Below are positions 38,157 through 46,620 of a stretch of 64,000 bases of DNA, piece by piece (within the stretch, counting starts at the first letter, position 1; each line of letters begins with the position of its first letter). The notes beneath the pieces are model-generated. The model had not been told where the DNA came from, ran no database searches, and saw only the letters and a list, made by a program, of their open reading frames with translations. Source of the DNA: a virus (Duplodnaviria > Heunggongvirae > Uroviricota > Caudoviricetes); IMG/VR virus record IMGVR_UViG_3300049049_000146, positions 131,216 through 195,215 of that record, one strand, 5' to 3'. The translations under genes were made by a program, and so were the position numbers.

Positions 38157-39052
38157 ACCGCGACGTCAGCCTTGATTGCCGGGTGAGGATCGTACCCCAC
38201 CAGCTTGAAATCCTTGTGCGTCAGGTTCTCGATGAATTCATCGATCGTGCAGGTAAGCTGACCAGGATCAAACGGCACCGCAATCTCAAGCCGCGGTGCG
38301 GGGCGCAATGGTCGCATGATCTGCTCGATGGCTGGCTTCATGTGATTCGAATAGAGGTGGACAGACGCCCCGAAGAACACAAGCATTCCCGGCTCGTATC
38401 CAGTCAGGCGGGCCATGATGTGCGTCAACGTCGCGTAACTCGCGATGTTAAATGGCAGCCCAAGGAACACGTCGCAGCTGCGCATGTTGAAGAGCGCATC
38501 GATGTAGGTCTTTCCATCAACCTCACGGGTCGAGAACTGGAAAGAATAGTGGCAAGGCGGCAGCGCCACGTCGGCAACATGTGCGGGGTCCCACGCGTTC
38601 ACAAGAATGCGACGAGACATGCGGTTGTGCCGAAGGAGTTCGAGAGCAGCCGAAATCTGGTCAGTCCCGTCCTTACGAGGAGAGCCGTACAAGCCACCAA
38701 AGTTGCGCCAATTGTGGCCGTACACAGGCCCTAAATCGCCCTCTGGTCGGCCGTACTTGTCGCACTGTTCCTTGGTAGCCCACTCGTCCCAGATGGTCAC
38801 GCCACGAGCCTGAAGATCCTTCACGTTCGTCGAGCCACGGAGCATCCAAAGCAACTCCTCGACGACTCCCTTGAAGAAAACCTTCTTCGTGGTGAGAAGC
38901 GGGAATCCCTTCTGAAGGTCAACCTTGATCATCTGACCCCAGGTGTCGTAAGTACCGACCCCCGTACGGTCCTTCTTCTCCACGCCGAAGTTCAAGCAAG
39001 AACGAACGACGTCGATGTACTGCGTCTCCCAGGTCTCAAAATCATCACTCAT
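38153..39052 (-). CDS. thyA: thymidylate synthase
   Basis: DRTGVGT, FPLLTTKKV, ELLWMLRG, IWDEW, LGPVYG, ALPPCH, RSCDVFLGLPFNIASY, HLYSNH; no intron seen. Confidence 0.95.
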   Translation of the reverse strand: MSDDFETWETQYIDVVRSCLNFGVEKKDRTGVGTYDTWGQMIKVDLQKGFPLLTTKKVFFKGVVEELLWMLRGSTNVKDLQARGVTIWDEWATKEQCDKYGRPEGDLGPVYGHNWRNFGGLYGSPRKDGTDQISAALELLRHNRMSRRILVNAWDPAHVADVALPPCHYSFQFSTREVDGKTYIDALFNMRSCDVFLGLPFNIASYATLTHIMARLTGYEPGMLVFFGASVHLYSNHMKPAIEQIMRPLRPAPRLEIAVPFDPGQLTCTIDEFIENLTHKDFKLVGYDPHPAIKADVAV

Positions 39053-39711
39053 TGCATTCCTCTTACTTGGCTGAGTCGGGGCTCGGCAACACCAGTACCG
39101 TACACCCACGTGAAAACGTCTAGAGTCGTTCCGGGAAGTTGGCAGACCCTGATCCCGTACGACCCAAGCTCTACACCGTTCCCCATGATGTCCCACCCTT
39201 CACGAGTGGACACAACCTCAAGATTCTCGACAGGGATATACTTCAAGAAGAAGTCCCGCGCCTTCCGAATCACACGCCGCAAACGATCGTTAAGGAACGC
39301 TTCAGAAGCTTCAAGGTGGTACGGCTCGAACAACTCCACCTTCATGAATTGCTTCTGATGGACTTGGTCAATGGCGTCATCCCGGAAACAGGGCGAGATT
39401 GCCACGTACGATCGCGGAGTGCTCTCCGTCCCAAGGCCCAGAATACCTCGCAGGGTCACGTGCAGGAATGACTGCTCAGCAGATCCCACAAGCGCGTTCT
39501 GAAAGTTGCGGCCGTCCTCAATCACCCCGTACGGGGCCCTGGTTGCCGGCAGCGTGATAGCGACGACATTCGTCGGTACAGCCCAAGGAACCTCTACGTA
39601 TTCGAAGCCTTCGCTCGTATACCATTCGAGCGCGGCCGAGAGCGTGCTCCAGTCAATCGGATGAAGCGGGGCATTCGCGAGCGGATTACGCTTAACCGCG
39701 CGTTCCGTCAC
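39049..39711 (-). CDS. class II aminoacyl-tRNA synthetase-like minimal catalytic core (SerRS-like)
   Basis: Motif 1 GFEYVEVPW; SAEQ (TxE-like); motif 2 SPCFRDD...HQKQFMKVEL; ELGSY; motif 3 YGTGVAEPR; no N-terminal coiled-coil arm. Confidence 0.78.
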   Translation of the reverse strand: MTERAVKRNPLANAPLHPIDWSTLSAALEWYTSEGFEYVEVPWAVPTNVVAITLPATRAPYGVIEDGRNFQNALVGSAEQSFLHVTLRGILGLGTESTPRSYVAISPCFRDDAIDQVHQKQFMKVELFEPYHLEASEAFLNDRLRRVIRKARDFFLKYIPVENLEVVSTREGWDIMGNGVELGSYGIRVCQLPGTTLDVFTWVYGTGVAEPRLSQVRGMQ

Positions 39712-39937
39712 GGAACGCCTCCTTGGTAAGGTCGCTCATCTTCTTGAGGTCCTCCATCGAAACTCCGTACTTCAGCTGAGCGCAGTGCTCAAGCGCGCCG
39801 TACAGGTCTGCAAGTTCGCAAAGCGCGAGAATCGTAACTCCCTGCTGCTCGGCGTCCTCAAGCTCTTCAAGTTCCTCGCGAATCTTGGACGATTGCCCGA
39901 GCACGCCTTTTGGGATCTGTCGAGTGTGGTAACCCAT
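39692..39937 (-). CDS. MazG-like / all-alpha NTP pyrophosphohydrolase-like protein
   Basis: KIREELEELEDA...CELADLYGALE. Confidence 0.65.
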   Translation of the reverse strand: MGYHTRQIPKGVLGQSSKIREELEELEDAEQQGVTILALCELADLYGALEHCAQLKYGVSMEDLKKMSDLTKEAFRDGTRG

Positions 39938-39943
39938 GATTCC

Positions 39944-40243
39944 TCACTTGTGGTCGGAAGTACAGTCTTTACGGTTGCAGTAGACACAAACGCCGTTGAT
40001 CTGGTCCTCCCAGAACGAAGGCATCACGGACTTCATGTGCCTACTAATTGCCTTGAACTGCTCGTTGACCTCTAGTGCCTCGGCAACTCCGGCGTCGTAC
40101 CCCTGCTGGTAGACATTCTCCAACACATCGGCGAGCATGTTGATCCACTGCTCTGTGCGCTGGTCGTTGCCTGTGTGGCAGACGTGCTCGAATTCCTCTA
40201 GGTAGGCGCGTGCAATTTGCACGAAGTGTTCACGCGTGACCAT
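39944..40243 (-). CDS. hypothetical protein
   Basis: Tiling. Confidence 0.55.
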   Translation of the reverse strand: MVTREHFVQIARAYLEEFEHVCHTGNDQRTEQWINMLADVLENVYQQGYDAGVAEALEVNEQFKAISRHMKSVMPSFWEDQINGVCVYCNRKDCTSDHK

Positions 40244-40745
40244 TGTCCTTCATCTCCTTGACGGCTGCGACCTTCTTCTTGAGCATCGCAACGACTGCCG
40301 GAACGACGACATTCGAGATGTCCGCGCCGCCCTCCAGAAGCTGCTTCACCTGACTGCTGCTCAGGTCGGAAAGGGAGGGGTCCGCAGGAAGGAAAACGGT
40401 CTGGATCTCGGGAGCGAGCTTCTTGTTTTCCTCAGCAAGCTTCAGTTCGTAGGCAGCATCAGTGACGTTGCGGATTCCACGGATGAGCACGGACGCACCG
40501 ATCTCCTGGGCGTAGCGCACCACGTACCCGTCAGTGCTATCGACGGTAACGTTCGGCATCCCTGCAAGGGAGACATTTGCCGAAGTAATGCGCTCGGTCT
40601 CCGAGAATAGCGTCTTCTTGTTCGGATTCGTCGCGACCAGTACACGGACGTGCGAGTACATGCGAGCGCCGATCTTCACGATCGACTTGTGGCCCAGCGT
40701 AAACGGATCGAACGTACCAGCATAGATCGCGATCGACATAGTCAA
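40230..40745 (-). CDS. coaD: phosphopantetheine adenylyltransferase
   Basis: AIYAGTFDPFTLGH, NPNKKTLFS..ER, IRGIRNVTD..YE..LA..N..L...IQTVFL, LSSSQVK. Confidence 0.9.
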   Translation of the reverse strand: MTMSIAIYAGTFDPFTLGHKSIVKIGARMYSHVRVLVATNPNKKTLFSETERITSANVSLAGMPNVTVDSTDGYVVRYAQEIGASVLIRGIRNVTDAAYELKLAEENKKLAPEIQTVFLPADPSLSDLSSSQVKQLLEGGADISNVVVPAVVAMLKKKVAAVKEMKDNGHA

Positions 40746-40975
40746 CTCCTTACATCAAAGAATGAGTCCTGGATGGACTTCAACATCTCAGTCGCTTCTT
40801 CGTCGGAGAAACCGGCCAGAAGCTTCTTGAGTCTCGCGTTCACCTGACGCGTAGAGAATCCCTGCTGCCGCAAACGGTGGCGAAGAAACTCAACCTCGCT
40901 TGGTTCGAGCTTCTCCCTTCCGGTCAGCATCTCGACAAACATCAGCGCTACAAGATGGCGCGTGTCGTGATTCAT
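40742..40975 (-). CDS. hypothetical protein
   Basis: ATGA tiling. Confidence 0.55.
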   Translation of the reverse strand: MNHDTRHLVALMFVEMLTGREKLEPSEVEFLRHRLRQQGFSTRQVNARLKKLLAGFSDEEATEMLKSIQDSFFDVRS

Positions 40976-40992
40976 TTAGCCCTGAAAAGGTT

Positions 40993-41020
40993 GAGGCCCC
41001 GAGATTTCTCTAGGGGCCTC
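40993..41020. terminator. hairpin terminator
   Basis: GAGGCCCC...GGGGCCTC with T tracts nearby on both strands. Confidence 0.6.
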
Positions 41021-41038
41021 TTCCTTTTACAGTTGCTG

Positions 41039-41437
41039 TCACTCAGCGGCGTCAGGTTCGTCCTTCTTGTCACCACCAAGAGGGTCAAGCCAGTGCGTCG
41101 TTGCGGCAAGCTCCTTCAAGACTTCGAATAGATTCTGGAACTGCTTGTCTGCTTCGAGCGTCGACCCCTCAGGTGGGCTGAAGTGATTGTTCGGCAGGTG
41201 CAGGACCTTCGCGAGGTAATCGATCTCCTCGTGCAGGCTCACGTCGTCAAAGACGCGCATGTCAGGGACAGACTTCTGGACACGATTCGCGAGTTGGCGA
41301 GCTTTCTTGGCGAGGCGCTTACGAGCGTTGCGGTACTGTTCGAATTCTTCATAGATCTGCGATGCCTCCCGTTTGATAGTTTCGATCTCATGTACCCGAC
41401 GGAGTCGGGACGCCTTGATCGGAGCACGGCTACCCAT
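41039..41437 (-). CDS. hypothetical protein
   Basis: ORF track. Confidence 0.6.
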   Translation of the reverse strand: MGSRAPIKASRLRRVHEIETIKREASQIYEEFEQYRNARKRLAKKARQLANRVQKSVPDMRVFDDVSLHEEIDYLAKVLHLPNNHFSPPEGSTLEADKQFQNLFEVLKELAATTHWLDPLGGDKKDEPDAAE

Positions 41438-41479
41438 GCTACTAAAATAACGGGTGCGAAACCTATAGCGAATTCGCCG

Positions 41480-41971
41480 CTACTGTTTTCGGAGGAAATG
41501 CCAGTACGCGTCGTCACCGAGCAGCTGGTCGAGTTCGTCGTCCGACAAGTTCACGATCTTGTAGTCTTCCATCACACCAGGGAGACGAGGTACAAGCGTC
41601 GGAGCGAAGCGGTAAATCCGACGTCGGTGCCCACCTACAGTGCGCGCCCAAGCATACTCAGCGTTCAAGCCAGAAGTGAGTAGCAGAGCGCGATCAATCT
41701 TCCAGAAGATGCTGGTCTTCGTTTCGTCGACAATGACGTAACGATATCGTTTCTCTCTGATGTCTCGGATGTCTGGCAGCGCAGGAAGGCCCCGAGCAAC
41801 GGCTTCGGCCTTAGCCGCCTTCATCGCCGACTTAGCGGTAACACCGTGAGCCTCACAATTTGCCCTAGCACTCGCGATAGCGCAGCGAACCGAGCAAGGG
41901 TTCGACCCGTCCGTAAACCTCGAAGAGAATCCACAGACAGGGCACGTGGGCACTGCGCGTGGGGAAGGCAC
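41480..41971 (-). CDS. hypothetical protein with N-terminal CxxC...CxxxC
   Basis: ORF track. Confidence 0.55.
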   Translation of the reverse strand: MPSPRAVPTCPVCGFSSRFTDGSNPCSVRCAIASARANCEAHGVTAKSAMKAAKAEAVARGLPALPDIRDIREKRYRYVIVDETKTSIFWKIDRALLLTSGLNAEYAWARTVGGHRRRIYRFAPTLVPRLPGVMEDYKIVNLSDDELDQLLGDDAYWHFLRKQ

Positions 41972-42123
41972 GTCAGGCGCTCCCTCCGGGGGTCTCCGGG
42001 TGCAGCTTGATTTTTCGGCAGGTGTATCGCCAGTACATCGCCTGCGTGAAACGCGCGACGACCGTGACCGGGAAGATTGCCATGTGAAACAAGAAACGCA
42101 TCATGTCTCGATCCTAATATAAC

Positions 42124-42564
42124 TCAGTTGTGTCCATCGGCTTTCGCGTCGCGAAGCATGAGTATGTGCGCGTCAGCGAGAGCATTCTGCACTTCGCGAG
42201 GAAGCGGGGCAGGCGGAGGAAGCAACTGAGAAAGCTGGTCGTCAAGCAGGCGAAGGAGCGTTAACTCCTTCTCGGTCAGTGCCTCTCCACGAATCTTTCT
42301 GAAATGGAGCGCATCCCGAACCTCGCCGTAACGGTCCATCCATTCCTGGAGTTCCGTACGCTTGTCCTTACGCTTCGGGGCCCGGATGATGTCACGAGAC
42401 ACCCGGAGCGTGTCAAGGATATACGTCTCTGCCTCTACCGTCCTGGCCGTGAAGTGCTCGCGCATTTCCTTGACGGTGTAGACCTTGTCAGCTGTGCGCC
42501 AAAGAGGCGAGTCGTCAGGAAGGTCGGACAGAAACTCAGTGAAGACTGCGAATAAGTCGTTCAT
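42124..42564 (-). CDS. hypothetical protein
   Basis: ORF track. Confidence 0.6.
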   Translation of the reverse strand: MNDLFAVFTEFLSDLPDDSPLWRTADKVYTVKEMREHFTARTVEAETYILDTLRVSRDIIRAPKRKDKRTELQEWMDRYGEVRDALHFRKIRGEALTEKELTLLRLLDDQLSQLLPPPAPLPREVQNALADAHILMLRDAKADGHN

Positions 42565-42580
42565 TGCCAGAATCTCGAAG

Positions 42581-42661
42581 TAGGGACGGAGGGACTCGAA
42601 CCCTCAAAGGTGCGGGGTTTAAATCCGCTGGCTGTGCCTTTCGCCGTTAACCCACGTCCCC
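42581..42661 (-). tRNA. tRNA-Leu(TAA), atypical: short variable loop, enlarged D-loop
   Basis: GGGGACG/CGTCCCT acceptor, A73, loop TTTAAAC, T-arm GAGGG-TTCGAGT-CCCTC. Confidence 0.75.
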
Positions 42662-42665
42662 GTAA

Positions 42666-42971
42666 TTACTGCTTCGCCTTCTCTCGCTTCACAATGACGT
42701 ACGTTCCAAGCCAGGAACCAATCGCCAATGGGATTAGATAAAGCGGATTGTTGACGTAACTCATCACACCCAGCGCCGACAGGAAGTACATCGACGCTGC
42801 GGTATTGGCCGCCTTTACCGGGTTCAACTTCGTAACGTACAGCGTATACAAGGCGTACAGAGCATCCAGAATGATGTACAGAAACATCACCCCGACAGCA
42901 ATGTCAAACCGGAAGGTGGACAACCAAGTCTCTACGAGAGTCCCCATCGCTCCATCAGCACTTTCTGCCAC
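42666..42971 (-). CDS. small multi-TM membrane protein
   Basis: Three hydrophobic segments ending GSWLGTY. Confidence 0.7.
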   Translation of the reverse strand: MAESADGAMGTLVETWLSTFRFDIAVGVMFLYIILDALYALYTLYVTKLNPVKAANTAASMYFLSALGVMSYVNNPLYLIPLAIGSWLGTYVIVKREKAKQ

Positions 42972-43324
42972 AAGCGCTGCGTTTCAGTCTTCGATGGTGG
43001 AACCAACAGCTGAATTACATCGCTCGGCGTAAGCGGGAATTTGAAGCGAATCACGCCGCGGCTTTGCTCTTCACGGTCCAAGGACGTCGAGCAGTCGTAC
43101 TGCAGCCCTGGGCCGTGGATTAAAAGGCTATTCCCCAGCAAGACCTGGATCTCGTCGGAACTACAATGGCTGTAGTCCAGACCCAGTCCTACCGGGGAAT
43201 GCGCGGGGATAGGCTTTACGACAGTGACGGCGACCCGATGCGCAGTGTAGAGCGTAGCCGGGTAGTAATGGACCAACTTGAGTCCATCATACAGGCTGCG
43301 AATACGCTCGGGCACGCCGTCCAT
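42932..43324 (-). CDS. hypothetical protein
   Basis: Tiling. Confidence 0.5.
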   Translation of the reverse strand: MDGVPERIRSLYDGLKLVHYYPATLYTAHRVAVTVVKPIPAHSPVGLGLDYSHCSSDEIQVLLGNSLLIHGPGLQYDCSTSLDREEQSRGVIRFKFPLTPSDVIQLLVPPSKTETQRLWQKVLMERWGLS

Positions 43325-43345
43325 GTCTCTTAGATTAGCTGAGGC

Positions 43346-43534
43346 TCAGCGGAAATCAAACCCACGGAGCGTCGAACGCTCCTTCTTCGCCAGAGACATG
43401 CGGAGCTTTCGCACCGAAGTCTTCCGCGCCGTCGGACGGCAATCACCACCCCAGGGAGGGAGAGCCCCGAATCGAGTCTCGTGCTCGATTGCCTCAGGCA
43501 CGTCCTCATCGTTCTTTTTCTTCTTGTCGCTCAT
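43346..43534 (-). CDS. hypothetical protein
   Basis: ATGA-coupled to pncB. Confidence 0.5.
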   Translation of the reverse strand: MSDKKKKNDEDVPEAIEHETRFGALPPWGGDCRPTARKTSVRKLRMSLAKKERSTLRGFDFR

Positions 43535-44877
43535 ACGCTGTTCTCGATGTCGGATGCGGCTTCGCGAAGATAGTAACTGACGTTCTGAGCGTAGCTCTTG
43601 AACTCAGAAACCCTCTTTACAGCATGCGAGCGGGTATCCTGAAGAGAAGTTCGGTCGATGCTGGGCCTCGGAAGACGATCGCTCATGATCGTGTAGGTCT
43701 TCCCGCTGTTCCTGTACTCGTGAGCGATCGGGTCTCGCTCCGTGTAGTGAAAGAGCGTGTCGGTGACCTTGCCGTCCTCCACGCGCCGAACGACGACCTT
43801 CTCGCCCGGCAAATTCGACTTGCCTCCCTGCTGCACCTTCATCACGGGACGCGAGGGGGCGTTGTCTTCGCCGAATACCTCGACGATCTTGTAGACGAAT
43901 CCGGGGCTGTGGTGCGACGCGACCACCTTCGTGCCCACGCCATACCCGTCGACCGGAACATTCTTCTGCGTGTACAGACGAATCGTCTGCTCGTCCATCT
44001 CGTTCGAGACGAAGATTTTCGTCTCCGAGAATCCCATGATGTCCAGTTGACGCCGGGCAGCGAACACCGTATTCGCGTCCCCGGAATCGATCCGGATAGC
44101 GGACAGCGGAATCCGAAGCTCAAGCGAAGCACGCATCGCATTCGCGACACCCTGCTCGATGTTGTAGGTATCGACGAGGAGCGTGTGCTTCTCGGGGAAC
44201 GCTTGGATGAAATCCTTGAAGGCGTGAAGCTCGCCCTTGACGCCGTCGCCGTAGCTGAGGACGTAGGCGTGAGCCATCGTGCCGGAGATCGGAATTCCGT
44301 AACGACGACCCGCTTCGACGTTCGAAGTAGCGTCGAAGCCACCGATGTACGCCGCGAGAGCGGCATGCACAGCGGCCTCGGGGTCAAGACGTCGCGACCC
44401 GAACTCGATCAGCGTCTTGCGGGGAACCTCGCGACGAATACGCGAAGCAACCGTCGCAACTCGACACATGTGATTCAGCATTCCGCAGATCGGCGTCTCG
44501 ATGAGCTTCACGAGAGCGGCGGGGCCGCGAACCTGCACGGCGGGCACGTTCGGAAGCAGAAGCTCACCGTCCGGAACGACGTGAATATCGAGGTCCGAAA
44601 GACGTGCGTCGTTCCGCAGCCACACCAGGAAGTCAGTGTCAACAATGCGGAAAGCATCCGAAATGTAGTCGACCTCTTCCTTCGTGAAGAGCTTGTCCTG
44701 GTGCCTCGCCACGAAATCGTGGATGGGATTGAACCCGCCCATCAGGATGTAGTTCCACCCCTCAGGGAGCTTCCGGAAAAAGGCTTCCGCAGTAACCTTC
44801 CGGTTGATGTTCCCAGACTTCCAGTGCGCATAGGCCATGGAAATCTGGTACGCATCCGTGTGCAGCGCGCCAATCAT
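43531..44877 (-). CDS. pncB: nicotinate phosphoribosyltransferase
   Basis: LHTDAYQISM, EAFFRKLP, IETP, EFGSRR, GFDATSNV, GTMAH, LVDTY, IRIDSGD, YGVGT, VYK (NAPRTase-type, not NadV SEHS-type). Confidence 0.92.
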   Translation of the reverse strand: MIGALHTDAYQISMAYAHWKSGNINRKVTAEAFFRKLPEGWNYILMGGFNPIHDFVARHQDKLFTKEEVDYISDAFRIVDTDFLVWLRNDARLSDLDIHVVPDGELLLPNVPAVQVRGPAALVKLIETPICGMLNHMCRVATVASRIRREVPRKTLIEFGSRRLDPEAAVHAALAAYIGGFDATSNVEAGRRYGIPISGTMAHAYVLSYGDGVKGELHAFKDFIQAFPEKHTLLVDTYNIEQGVANAMRASLELRIPLSAIRIDSGDANTVFAARRQLDIMGFSETKIFVSNEMDEQTIRLYTQKNVPVDGYGVGTKVVASHHSPGFVYKIVEVFGEDNAPSRPVMKVQQGGKSNLPGEKVVVRRVEDGKVTDTLFHYTERDPIAHEYRNSGKTYTIMSDRLPRPSIDRTSLQDTRSHAVKRVSEFKSYAQNVSYYLREAASDIENSV

Positions 44878-44886
44878 GATGACCTC

Positions 44887-45762
44887 TCAGAAGAACGAAC
44901 GAACCGAATCACGCGACGGGCCCGGAGGGGGCGACGCCTTGTGACGCGAAACACGCTCAGCGTGGTAGGTCTTCTCGATGACCTCCAGCTGGCGCTTCGT
45001 GAACGCCGTGTACCGATCAGCGAATACGGCGAACGAGCCGCATTCCTCACGAGCCGCGAGGACGTTCGACGAATCGTTCAGTTGGGTCACCCACTCGATT
45101 TCCTGGTAGGTGATTCCAAGCTCGCCTTCGTCGGTCTGGCCTGCATCGGGGCCCCAGAGATCGGCCGTGGGGACCGCCTTCACGATCGACTGAGGCACGC
45201 CGAGGTAATCCGAAAGTGCCCAGACCTCGCTCTTGTGGAGGCACACGATCGGGTTGTTGTCGACGGCTCCGTCTCCGCGCTTCTGGTAATATCTGAAAAG
45301 CGCGTCCTCGTCGCGATTGCCGGTGCCGTACACCAGGCCGCTGTGCTTCTTGCCGAAGTAATCGAGAACAGGGGCGCGGAGACAGCTGCGAAGAGCGCCC
45401 TCCTCCGCCCGCTGCTGACTCACACCGGCGAACCTTCCGTTGCCCCACTGCTGCGCGGCCTGCCCGACGATCGACTTGAACGCGTCCTGAAGGTCGATCT
45501 CGTACTCGATGAACTTGAAGCCCTTCGAGCGCATCGCCTCGAAAAGCTCATTCGCACGATCGATCGAATCGCGGCTCGATCCGCAGGGCATCTTTACGCC
45601 TACGGTCAGCGGGAGAGCACGAACGCAGAGCGCAAAGACGAGTGCGCTGTCGACGCCGCCGCTGATTCCAACGACGCCATGCGGGAGGCCAGACGCCTTC
45701 GCCTGGTCCTGAATCCAGCCGACCAGGTGCTGTGTAAGACCCTCGTAATCCTTGATTTCCAT
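44887..45762 (-). CDS. nadE: NH3-dependent NAD+ synthetase
   Basis: VVGISGGVDSA, GTGNRDE, Y.K.GDG..D..PI..LHKSEV..L..YLGVP..I....PTADLW...QTDE.ELG.TY. Confidence 0.93.
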   Translation of the reverse strand: MEIKDYEGLTQHLVGWIQDQAKASGLPHGVVGISGGVDSALVFALCVRALPLTVGVKMPCGSSRDSIDRANELFEAMRSKGFKFIEYEIDLQDAFKSIVGQAAQQWGNGRFAGVSQQRAEEGALRSCLRAPVLDYFGKKHSGLVYGTGNRDEDALFRYYQKRGDGAVDNNPIVCLHKSEVWALSDYLGVPQSIVKAVPTADLWGPDAGQTDEGELGITYQEIEWVTQLNDSSNVLAAREECGSFAVFADRYTAFTKRQLEVIEKTYHAERVSRHKASPPPGPSRDSVRSFF

Positions 45763-45763
45763 C

Positions 45764-46099
45764 TCACTCCTCCTTCTTATCGACGAGCAACGTAGCGTGG
45801 TCCGTTCTAATCATCCCGATCTCGCGCACTCCACACTTCTCACAGATCGGAATGTCGTCGCCGGCACCGTCGGGCGCGACCCACAACCGAACGTCCGTCG
45901 GAGTCAGCGGGTGATTGCCCCGAATGTGGCGAACAGTTCCAGTGAATTCGACGAAGCTGCCGACGACCTTCGGCTGCACTCCGGCGATCGAATACGTTCC
46001 AGGCTCCTGCGCCTTGAAGAACTTCACGTAGACGCGGCTGCCCTTCTGGATATAGTCGGACGGAGGCGTCTCGCCCTTCGGGGTGACGTTGATCGTCAT
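45764..46099 (-). CDS. hypothetical protein
   Basis: Tiling. Confidence 0.55.
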   Translation of the reverse strand: MTINVTPKGETPPSDYIQKGSRVYVKFFKAQEPGTYSIAGVQPKVVGSFVEFTGTVRHIRGNHPLTPTDVRLWVAPDGAGDDIPICEKCGVREIGMIRTDHATLLVDKKEE

Positions 46100-46620
46100 C
46101 ACCAGTCTCCCATGAGGTAGTGCATCGTGCTGGCGTAGCCAATCATCGTCACGCCGCAGTCGGGGCAGGGCCCGTGATATCGAGGCCAACGCTTCCGGAT
46201 CTCGCTAACATCGAGACCCTTGGCGGCCTCTTCGTCGAACTTCACGGGAAGGTTGGCGTGCTTGCAGAATTTCGATTTGTCGACGAGGCCGCGCTTCGCC
46301 AACCAATCGATGACGGCAACCTTCTGCTCGCCGTTGAGAACACGGGGAGGCGGCTCACGATAGCTAGCGGAAAAGCTACCACCACGAATAGTGATGAGGT
46401 CGGCGGGGTCAGCGAAGCACATCAAATTCAACCATCCGACCCACATCTCCTTGATTCGAGGATCGATCGCCGTCGCTTCGTACAGTGCGTCAAGCTCCTC
46501 GTACGTAGGACAGGGAATGTCCATCAGAAGCTGAGAACAGTCGTACTCAAACCAGATGCGACTGATTTCGTCGGCCATCCACTGCTTCTTGAGACCTTCG
46601 AGCTTTTCCTGAAGAGACAT
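46099..46620 (-). CDS. hypothetical protein
   Basis: Ends LDVSEIRKRWPRYHGPCPDCG....YAS..HYLMGDW. Confidence 0.65.
   Translation of the reverse strand: MSLQEKLEGLKKQWMADEISRIWFEYDCSQLLMDIPCPTYEELDALYEATAIDPRIKEMWVGWLNLMCFADPADLITIRGGSFSASYREPPPRVLNGEQKVAVIDWLAKRGLVDKSKFCKHANLPVKFDEEAAKGLDVSEIRKRWPRYHGPCPDCGVTMIGYASTMHYLMGDW

Noticed and set aside
43531-44877. Nicotinamide phosphoribosyltransferase (NadV, NARP2)
   Set aside because: Motifs (TDAYQ, EFGSRR, GTMAH) fit the nicotinate PRTase family, and PncA and NadE are present.
43489-45795. 768-aa plus-strand ORF
   Set aside because: Antisense shadow of pncB/nadE produced by GC3-biased codons; no recognisable motifs.
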